This document shows, one piece after another, positions 9,889-17,823 of a stretch of DNA of 20,478 nt; within the stretch, counting starts at the first letter, position 1; every line of letters starts with the position of its first letter. Made by a program: the position numbers and the translations under genes. The notes beneath the pieces were generated by a model that saw only the letters and a program-made list of their open reading frames with translations, made no database searches and had not been told where the DNA came from. The stretch lies in NCBI GenBank assembly GCA_000004985.1, contig GG738957.1; one strand, written 5' to 3'. This stretch comes from Naegleria gruberi. Taxonomy: Eukaryota.

Positions 9889-12472
9889 TTATAAACCATT
9901 CATGTATTTCACATCACTTTCTAACATGCTTTCAGTTACAACACCGATATTTACACAATATCTTGATAAATCAACATTCTCATTGATTTTCTTTCTTGAT
10001 AATTTAATCAAATGATCCCATAATTTGATTCTATCTGGTTGGTAGGTCTGTAATTCTTCAATTAATCCAATCATGTATTGAACATCTTCATCTGCCATTT
10101 GATTGGTAAACATTGACACGAATTTTTCACATAGCATTGCCAGCTTGTCATTTAATTTCTTTGATTCCAATTCATAAAGCCATTCATCTTCTTTCACATT
10201 ATTGCTTCTTATCAACTCATACACTGTTTGCACATTTTCAAATCCAGAGAAATGTTCACTCGAATATCGGTCAACTGGAGCAAACACAAAGCGAGAATTT
10301 GCCTTATGATTCAAATAGGTACTCTCATCTACAAGAATATTAGTAGAAATAACACTATTCAAATAAGCCAAATCTCTGGAGCATTTCATCGAACGTCCAA
10401 ACATTGCATAATATCTCATTTGTTTGTTTCCGATATTTCCTTGAAGACATGATCCAGTACTTATTCCAATATGCAAGTCAACTGGTGTTTTCTTTTCATT
10501 GGTTAATGTTTCATTGAGAGAATTGAAGAATGATTTGATTTTAAGGGATGTTTCTAGAATGGTAATGTTATCAGGGTGAATGACTGCATATTCATCAACA
10601 CTCTTCGTGTGAACATCAACTTTCATTGTCTTACATAGTTGGAGAATGTTAGTATAGCATTTTGATAGCAAATTACTCAAATCATAGGTGTTATCGATCA
10701 TGTTAAATCCTGTAATCTTGATATACATTACAGAGCTGTTAAGGGTTGACAAACCAATTTTGAAGAGATTCATCTTGTTATTGGTATTGTTATCAACACC
10801 AAGGAAGAATGATGAAGTATGTGAGGATTTCTCTTCCAAGTATGATGAGTTCTCCTTTTTTAGGTAATGTTGTTTGGCTGAATTTTCAATGACATGTTGA
10901 TCTGAAGGTGTTGTAATTACTTTAGGTTTCTGAGGATCATTACTTTCCAATTGATTAAGAATATTCTCTGGAAGGAAAGCTCTAAATTCCTGTAACCACT
11001 TGACTGTCAAGTACAAACTCACATAGATATTTCTAATTTCGGTAAAGATTGAAGAGTGTCTCTCGATTTCTTCCAAACTCATTACTTCAATCTTTGCAAA
11101 ATCGGATTGAATGATTCGAAGAGGTTTCGTTATGGCATATCCTATCAAGATACTAAACATCATTCCAATTAAGGTGACTCCAATAGCAACACCCAAAATG
11201 ACGTAACTGCTAAGAATGACATTTTCCATAATTTCACTCTCCTCACACACTATTGTCATTCTCCATTTCAAATTATCTATTGAATAGGATGAACTGGAAA
11301 TCATGTAGGAAATTCCATCTTCTCCTGTAACTTGTGTAATATCTCCTTCTGATACATTCATTGATAGATACTTGTTCATTAGTGAACCAGCATTTCGAAC
11401 TGTTACATTTCTTACTGGAATTCTGTCAAAACCAACTCCCGTAATATTCAAATTGGCTCCAATAATCATATCATTGGCATATTCAGTCAGAATGATATAT
11501 CCTCTATTCAAAATCTTTAATTTTGATAAAAAGGTTGAAATTTTACCTAGTGAAAGATTGATCTTTGAAATTCCAATTCTTCTCTTTTCGGCTGGCCACA
11601 CTGTTCTGTCGTAAACTGGAGATGAATAATAAATTGATTGAACTCCATCAGAGAGCACTATTTACATTCAAGAAAACAGCATGTGAATATAGTAAATAAA
11701 AAATATGTGAATATAGAAAGGAAATGAATAACTTACCCTTATAAGGAGGACCAAAACCACCAGGTGAAGTTGGATAGGCATTGAATATTCTCAATGATTC
11801 CTTGTAGTAATCTGTAGTATTTATAAAATACTTTGGAACGCTTGTTGAAACCTTATCATACATGGGCACCACTGATGTCAAATTCAAATCGCAAATGGTT
11901 AATTTTAGATTATTAAAATTTACGAAAGCCCAACTTTTGGTGTCCACAGCAAAAAGTCCATTATTATTCAATTCACCAAAACAAATATTCAACATTGTAA
12001 CATTGTTGTAAATTATTCTACTGTGAAAGTATGGAACTAGCGAACTATCGGTATTGATTACTTTTCTGTGATAATCATCAGCCAGAGTGATGGATAAACT
12101 TTTTGCTAGCATTAAGGGTCTATCAAGAAAGTTTATAATCTTCTCCTGGATAGTCTGGACAAGTACTTTTGTCGATTGTATTGATTCCCTTTGATGCATT
12201 ACATAAGCAGAGAGCCAAACACTGAATGATGTAGCAATGACCAATATCATGATTAGCATGACGAGGAATAACCTAAAGGAAAGACAAAAGCCTAGTAAGG
12301 GATTTCTATCATGTATGCTCTTACTACTCTGTATTTCCTCATTATTATTAATATTATTATTGTTGTTGTTGTTGTTGTGATTAATATTGTTAGTGGTTGT
12401 ATTGTTGTTACTGAAGGAATAGAGATTGCTTGCAGAATAGCTATCATGATGATGAGGTGCAATTCTAGTCAT
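9889..12472 (-). CDS. Receptor-type class III adenylate/guanylate cyclase, ACG-like topology, 834 aa in two exons (12472..11737 and 11657..9889).
   Basis: The first ATG (MTRIAPHHH) is at 12472; the ORF track's 'M' at 12568 is a GTG. Exon 1 has a poly-Asn tract, TM1 (FRLFLVMLIMILVIATSFSVWLSAYV) and an extracellular region. The extracellular region continues in exon 2 (about 340 aa in total, CHASE-like). It is followed by TM2 (VILSSYVILGVAIGVTLIGMMFSILIGYAI), a linker and the cyclase homology domain (...YIKITGFNMI...KSVDEYAV...DLHIGISTGSCLQGNIGNKQMRYYAMFGRSMKCSRDL). The exons are joined by a phase-1 GTAAGT...AAATAG intron (K|V-LSDG). Confidence 0.7.
11658..11736 (-). other. 79-nt phase-1 intron of the cyclase gene (GTAAGT...AAATAG).
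   Basis: The minus strand reads cct cct tat aag g|gtaagttattcatttcc...gaatgtaaatag|tg ctc tct gat gga. The 11648..12568 ORF otherwise terminates at TAA. The reading frame is restored exactly and the combined length (2505 nt) is divisible by 3. Confidence 0.75.
12338..12412 (-). repeat. (AAT/AAC)n simple-sequence repeat encoding a poly-Asn tract (NNINHNNNNNNNNINNN) in the cytoplasmic N-terminus of the cyclase.
   Basis: The plus strand shows attattattaatattattattgttgttgttgttgttgtg. Antisense reading gives the poly-Val 'shadow ORF' 12311..12538. Confidence 0.8.
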
Positions 12473-13036
12473 TTTGTTAGAGTTGGAGAGTTTAAAGTCA
12501 GCGAGATTGATACCACTATTAGACGCTGGTTCACATGATACAACCTTAATTGCGCACACAACAAACACCGTGGTTGGAGTGTTACTCCTTATATGATACT
12601 AACTGTGTGTAAGTTCTCTATCTCTCTCGCTTGTTGAGGAGTCACAAACATAACAGAATCAAAATGAAGGTTCATCATACCTCTTGATTTAGTGAGCGTA
12701 AAAATGGAGATTCTGCGAATGATTCTGTTGCGTGTTCAAATATTTCGCCTTAATGATATTAATTTGTGTGAGATGGTGACCAATTAGTGGTTTGTTGGCA
12801 TATAAGTTCGTATCACCTCGTTGCCTTAATGAGACAACTCAAGGTGGTTTTCTTACAGCACATGTTATTTTAAAAAGCAGGAATAGGATCACTGATTCCA
12901 CAACTATGGAATATTACTAACCTGACGTTTATATTTATTTTATATTTATTATACATTCATTTTATTTATAATGAATAATTGCATTTTGAATTTTCTTTAA
13001 AAAAAATACTTAAACAAACAATTTGTATTGTTAAAT

Positions 13037-14338
13037 ATGAGATTCGTTAAGCATATGCTAGCAGTAATTGTACCACAGTCGGAGATAGATGACTCGGTCG
13101 ATATAATTAGCAAGGTTGAATTTAGGGATGTTTGTTTTAATGTGTTTAGAATTGATAGTAATGGTGATTTAATTCCTCCCTCCACCAAGTTCTCCCAAAG
13201 AAAATTAGAGTTTCTTACTAATATTAAGGACATTTTGCAGAAAACCACAGGTGGAATGGCTCGTATTGGCTATCTAAGTAGGAAGGATCCAAGTGCTTCT
13301 GGTACTTGCTTTTATTTACTTCCCGATGTTGTAATTACCAACTCCCACGTTGTGAATACAGATCAAACCCCTTTCGTTTATAAAGGAACCTTTGAGGAGG
13401 CATCTAATGGTTATTTACAAAAGTTGAATCCTATTGAAAGAAAATTGCTCTTCTCTGGATCAGCCTTACAGAATGGAATAAGGAAATATAACCACTCCGT
13501 AACACGAGCACATTTCCCAAGTGTGGATGATGCTTATGTAGATCCAATACTTTCTTTGAGAGGAGATTTTGGATATATGGATGTTTCCTTGCACCAACTG
13601 AAATGCCTATCCAAGAATTTAGAAATGTCTAAAGTACTAATGATTCCGTGTCCTACACTCCTTCAAGTTTCGGATCCTATCTTCACTCTGCATTATCCAG
13701 GGATCGAGGGGTACCAATTTTCCAACCATAAAAGAGGAGAATGTGCAAACTATTTTAATTGGGCTCCCAACGACAATGTTGTTTCTAATTTGTTTCATGG
13801 TTTTGGAAAGCTATGTATTAGTACTGGTAAAGTATTGGCCCCATACGCAGAAATGAAAGATGAAAATGGAAACAATATTTGGGCTCCAAACACTTCACAT
13901 CAATACACATCTCTTAATTCTGATTTCCTTATAACAAATGAATCTGTAATGATGGGTTCTTCTGGTGGTTGTGTACAATCCCATGCTTGTGAGGTTGATG
14001 AGATTAATGGTGTGACATTGGTAGAGTTTCACGCCATCCATTTTGGAGGCGAATTTGTTAAATGTAAGAATTGCTTAAAGCACATCAAACAACAAATGAA
14101 TGTTAATGATGAATATCCATCTTTATTCCAAGGTTTACCTCGAGAATGGAACTTTTGCACAGATTGTCAAAATGGAATAGAACCTTCAAAAATGGTATAC
14201 AATTACTCTGTGTCTGTCCATCATCCATTGTTCAAACAGGTCTACAAGAAATTAATTTTGCCAGATTTGTTGAATGTGTTGAATATTGATTTGTCAGACA
14301 ATAGATTAGAACGATTGAGACAATATTTAGATAGTTGA
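13037..14338 (+). CDS. Trypsin/chymotrypsin-fold serine peptidase (Trypsin_2-like), 433 aa, with a C-terminal CxxC...CxxC zinc-ribbon-like motif.
   Basis: The first ATG is at 13037; the 13028 start in the track is a TTG. Catalytic His in GTCFYLLPDVVITNSHVV, compare DegP ILTNNHVV. Catalytic Ser in MMGSSGGCV, which is GxSGG. The C-terminus has CKNC(x20)CTDC. It is transcribed divergently from the cyclase, 564 bp away. Confidence 0.6.
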   Translation: MRFVKHMLAVIVPQSEIDDSVDIISKVEFRDVCFNVFRIDSNGDLIPPSTKFSQRKLEFLTNIKDILQKTTGGMARIGYLSRKDPSASGTCFYLLPDVVITNSHVVNTDQTPFVYKGTFEEASNGYLQKLNPIERKLLFSGSALQNGIRKYNHSVTRAHFPSVDDAYVDPILSLRGDFGYMDVSLHQLKCLSKNLEMSKVLMIPCPTLLQVSDPIFTLHYPGIEGYQFSNHKRGECANYFNWAPNDNVVSNLFHGFGKLCISTGKVLAPYAEMKDENGNNIWAPNTSHQYTSLNSDFLITNESVMMGSSGGCVQSHACEVDEINGVTLVEFHAIHFGGEFVKCKNCLKHIKQQMNVNDEYPSLFQGLPREWNFCTDCQNGIEPSKMVYNYSVSVHHPLFKQVYKKLILPDLLNVLNIDLSDNRLERLRQYLDS

Positions 14339-15045
14339 AAAGCTTCAAAGCTGCAGTCAGGTTGATTTGCATGCAATCTGAAATATGTCGCATGACTCAA
14401 GTGATTATTCACCAATTCAATGAACAATATTCAATATTCGTGATTTGAATCAACAGCTTGATTAACAAGCTTATGAGAAACATAATGGTGGTGGAATTAA
14501 TCAATAAATAGTTGAAAACACTGAGATGGAATGTAAACTATGGTCTATTTGTTATGTAATGGTGACTAGACAGTGTCAATTTCATCAAATTATTTCAAAC
14601 TGATTACATTCAATAAAAAAAACCATTCTATTCATCAAATATGTCATACAGAATGGCTTAACTGGTCTAAGCGCAAAAGAACACCTAAGAATGTTGCCCT
14701 AGAAGTCTACAAAGCACTAGCTCAGTGTGGGATACAAGCTTCACTATTAACAGGAAATACCTCTCTGCCTACCACTGGCAGGCTCAGTCTAATCAACCAC
14801 TTAGCGTCACAAAGCACTTAAACGTGTCTCTCTGGTCTTTACGATACAAGAGACGTTAATCTTACAATTTATATGTTTAAAATGTATTGCATGGTACTTG
14901 TGCTATTTCTCAAAGGTCAATTTTTTTTACCTGGAACTCTATTGTTTGTCCGACTTGTGATATACTTGGCTCAGCATCGGCTCAACAAGTGACCATTTGT
15001 TCTCAAGGTTGGTGGTGGTTATCGTTTCGTACTCATTGGATCTTT

Positions 15046-15099
15046 ATTATTACTGAAGAGTGGACACATTTTGGCGAGTGACGATTGGCGAAGATCTCC
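15046..15099 (+). repeat. Left terminal inverted repeat of the MULE-like element.
   Basis: See the element entry. It contains the palindromic core cgattgg-cgaagatct-ccaatcg. Confidence 0.7.
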
Positions 15100-15280
15100 A
15101 ATCGCATATTCCATTTCGTATACTTGAACTTTCGCCAATTTCATGTACGTGAACTAAGGAATCGTAAAATTTATGTGGCGAAAAAGCAATTAAGGAACAA
15201 TAAAATGGAAATTCCAATTTATTATTCCAATTAAAAAATCTTTACAAAACCGTTACATTTTGTAAAGTAGTTTTCGAGAG

Positions 15281-15287
15281 TATAAAT
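15281..15287 (+). promoter_or_regulatory. Candidate TATA box (TATAAAT) for the transposase gene.
   Basis: gagagTATAAATggaaag lies 44 bp upstream of ATG 15331, inside the element. Confidence 0.3.
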
Positions 15288-15330
15288 GGAAAGAATTTAA
15301 AGTTATTCATACAATTTAGTTCACTAAAAA

Positions 15331-17364
15331 ATGTCCTCACGTTCTCACAGATTCACCATCAACAACGTATTCAAAGATTCAACACCAAGCATTGAGGTTA
15401 ACGAAGAATCTAAATTCGATAAGCTGTCCTTCCCTTCTGTTGGCACTCTTTATCATTCTTCTACCATTTCTGATCCATTTAAATCTCTTATTCAATACAA
15501 CATTAAATTAAATGGAGAAAAGCCAAGAGAGATTGATGGCAAGGTTTACCAATTTCAAAGTGGTAAATGTAAAGGTTGTAAACAGTGCACAGCTAGTGGG
15601 TGTTCACTTTGTTACAATCTTAATTCAAAGAGAAAGCTGTGTCCTGTTCATAATTGCAATTTGGAACATAGAAAGTGTAATACCAAATTTTATATTGGCT
15701 CAACCAGTCAAGACCAGTTCGTCTATTCTTCTTCTTGTCATTCACATCCAAATCCACCTCCAAGAAAGATTCCTCCAAGCCAAAGACTTGAAATGGGTGC
15801 TGCATTTCAAAACAATACTACTCTTACAGCCAAAGATGTATCATTGGGTATTGGATTATCTGAAATTCCTGCTTTTGAAAATAGAGCATGTGCAAATATT
15901 TCAAGAATTCAATCCATCAAAAGGCAAGCTCTAAAATTGGGTGGCTCATCTCCTTCCTTGGTTATTTTGAAAGTTGAAGAACAACATGTACCAGATTTTC
16001 AAAAGAAAATGAAAGATGTTGATCCTTCAGATTTACAATGGGTCAGAAACATTGTAAACGACGTGGATAATTCTTTGATTCATACACAATTTCCATTATT
16101 TTCTAAAATAATTAAGGAGAAGGCGAATTTTCTGGTAATAGATTTAAAGCATAAGTCAAAAGCAGGTCCTTATTATCATCACCTTGGTTTTTCTTCTTTT
16201 ATTGAAGAACAAAAGGGAGGTCATTCAATCCAATTATGTAGAATTCTAATGGAAGAACAAACATATCAAGAACCGTTTCTATTATTTCTAAACACTCTTG
16301 AAAAAGATGGTTGTAATTTGAATGAATTGTTTGTTGGGCCTAACTGTAAAATCAAAGGGATTTTGGTTGATTTTAGCCAATTTCAATTAAAAGGTTTAAA
16401 AGACGCCTTTAGGGTAAAGTTTGGAGAAAAAGGTGATTCTATAATTGATGAATTGGTTTCAGGTTGTTTCGTACATTTCCTTCGTTCAGCAAGAAGATTG
16501 GTAAATTCGCTGCCAATAGAACAAGAATACAGAAATCTGGTTTTCAAAATGTTGGAAAGTGTTAAAGAATTTAAGAAAGAAGATGAAATCATCCATATCA
16601 TCAATGCTATTGAGGTATTCTGTGCAGGAGCAGCAACTTGGTGTACTTGGTGGAAGCAACCACATATCTTGAAATTGCTTCTTGCAAAAAGTTCCCAAGA
16701 AAATGATATACCAAGACATACAAACCACCAAGAAATTCTTAATGTAAACGTACCAACCTATGGAGGTAACTATGTCATTGAATCAGAGATGCTCTTGAGA
16801 GAAGATATGTTGGCATTGATAAGATATTTGAGTCTTTGTTCTGGTGTGGAATTATCATATAGAAATACTACTAAGCAAGGGAGAGAGAAGAGAAATCTGT
16901 CTCGTAAACAAGCTCAATTCGATAGTAGACCAGCAGATACTGTGGCTAGAGGAATAGTTCCAACCAATGTTTCGACAATAAGTGTTATCAAGAATTTCGT
17001 TCAAGGAGTGGAAGAAATGGAAAGGAAGAAGCTTGATGATTTTGCAGGAGAGCAAGCTGACGATTTGAATGACAAAGATTTTACTCCTACTGGATCCGTT
17101 GAACCTGCAAAACAAAAGAGAACCCCTCGAACTCCAAAGAAAGGCGTAAAAAGAGCAGCCAAGCCTTCACCCTCTCAAACTAAGAAGAAGTCAAAGGTGA
17201 TTGAAGACGAATATTCCAGTAGCTCATCTGATGGATTTGAGAGTGCTGCCAGTAATTCTATTACTGATGAGTCCGAAAGTGAATCTGATTCCATTCGTGA
17301 TACTGAGATATTCACAAGATCCAAAGGATTAATTGGAGATCCAAATAGATCTGAAAGTGCTTAA
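15331..17364 (+). CDS. MULE-type DDE transposase, 677 aa: N-terminal Cys-rich zinc-finger-like region, DDE catalytic core with CxxH, and a basic/acidic Ser-rich C-terminal tail.
   Basis: Cys cluster CKGCKQCTASGCSLCYNLNSKRKLCPVHNCNLEHRKC...SSCHSH. First Asp in NFLVIDLKHK (D271). Second Asp in KGILVDFSQFQLKGLKDAF (D347). Diagnostic MULE CxxH in SGCFVHFLRSARR. The catalytic Glu lies in HTNHQEILN, matching the T-N-x-x-E-x-x-N motif of MuDR-family transposases. The D-D spacing is 76 and D-E is 121. TATAAAT lies at 15281..15287, 44 bp upstream of the ATG. Confidence 0.65.
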   Translation: MSSRSHRFTINNVFKDSTPSIEVNEESKFDKLSFPSVGTLYHSSTISDPFKSLIQYNIKLNGEKPREIDGKVYQFQSGKCKGCKQCTASGCSLCYNLNSKRKLCPVHNCNLEHRKCNTKFYIGSTSQDQFVYSSSCHSHPNPPPRKIPPSQRLEMGAAFQNNTTLTAKDVSLGIGLSEIPAFENRACANISRIQSIKRQALKLGGSSPSLVILKVEEQHVPDFQKKMKDVDPSDLQWVRNIVNDVDNSLIHTQFPLFSKIIKEKANFLVIDLKHKSKAGPYYHHLGFSSFIEEQKGGHSIQLCRILMEEQTYQEPFLLFLNTLEKDGCNLNELFVGPNCKIKGILVDFSQFQLKGLKDAFRVKFGEKGDSIIDELVSGCFVHFLRSARRLVNSLPIEQEYRNLVFKMLESVKEFKKEDEIIHIINAIEVFCAGAATWCTWWKQPHILKLLLAKSSQENDIPRHTNHQEILNVNVPTYGGNYVIESEMLLREDMLALIRYLSLCSGVELSYRNTTKQGREKRNLSRKQAQFDSRPADTVARGIVPTNVSTISVIKNFVQGVEEMERKKLDDFAGEQADDLNDKDFTPTGSVEPAKQKRTPRTPKKGVKRAAKPSPSQTKKKSKVIEDEYSSSSSDGFESAASNSITDESESESDSIRDTEIFTRSKGLIGDPNRSESA

Positions 17365-17561
17365 TTGAAAGCTGCTAGAAAACATGGTGTTGACTCTTCT
17401 AAAAGAATTTCTTTGTAATTTTAATAACAAATACCCAACAAATGTTGGAATTTTTGGTTTATTTGTTTCTTTTTCCAAAAACTTAATCGCAATTTTCATC
17501 TGGAGATTTTCGCCAATCTCCAATTTCATTAAGCGAATGAAACCATTCGCAAAATTCAAGT

Positions 17562-17603
17562 GGCGATTTTCGCCAATCGTCGATCGCCAAAATGTGTATA
17601 CTC
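17562..17603 (-). repeat. Right terminal inverted repeat of the MULE-like element.
   Basis: ggcgattttcgccaatcgtcgatcgccaaaatgtgtatactc is the reverse complement of the left end, with 4 mismatches in 36 bp. Confidence 0.7.
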
Positions 17604-17823
17604 TATTCACCGAAATATATACTCAATGATATACATCATTAAATAGGTTACAATCTCAGCTATCCAGTGGGCTATAGATTGTGTATGGTTTCTTATCTAA
17701 TTATTGAGATAATCAGCAATTGTTATAGGCGATAAAAACTCGAATGGAGATTCAGGCAATTAAATTCGTTGGTATGGACGTGCCAGGCGAAAAATAACTG
17801 GAGCAAGGTACTATTAAATAAGT

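Larger units (their letters stand above)
15046..17603 (+). mobile_element. Apparently intact Mutator-like (MULE) class II DNA transposon, about 2.56 kb, with terminal inverted repeats and a single transposase ORF.
   Basis: 5' end gagtggACACATTTTGGCGAgtGACGATTGGCGAAgATCtCC at 15046..15099. The reverse complement of 17562..17603 is gagtatACACATTTTGGCGAtcGACGATTGGCGAAaATCgCC, which is 32/36 identical in the core. Both subterminal regions carry extra TTCGCCAAT / GGCGA(A/T)TTT copies: 15132..15142, 15178..15187, 17506..17523 and 17546..17570. There is a possible degraded 10-bp target-site duplication, tattactgaa at 15036..15045 versus tattcaccgaa at 17604..17614. Confidence 0.7.

Noticed and set aside
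12473-13036. Possible extra 5' exon of the cyclase in the divergent promoter region. A GTG-initiated frame is open from 12568.
   Set aside because: There is no in-frame ATG upstream of 12472 and no convincing acceptor site. The MTRIAPHHH start with an A-rich leader is adequate. This cannot be resolved without transcript data.
14700-14800. Possible tRNA, from gcactagctcagtgtgggata, which resembles a D-arm.
   Set aside because: There is no acceptor-stem pairing, no anticodon arm and no GTTCGA/TTCGAAT T-arm. It does not fold as a cloverleaf by inspection.
14887-15081. 64-aa ORF upstream of the transposase, and the 81-aa ORF at 17384..17629.
   Set aside because: Both overlap the transposon terminal inverted repeats and subterminal repeats. 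They are better explained as non-coding transposon ends.
2771-16731. Numerous 60-140-aa ORFs antisense to or overlapping the large genes, for example 2771..2998, 2977..3222, 4993..5220, 5199..5432, 6129..6350, 7077..7262, 8520..8825, 10113..10343, 11372..11614, 12311..12538 (poly-Val), 15512..15934 and 16486..16731.
   Set aside because: They have hydrophobic or low-complexity composition, lie opposite well-supported domain-containing CDSs, and have no start context. They are typical antisense shadows in AT-rich DNA.
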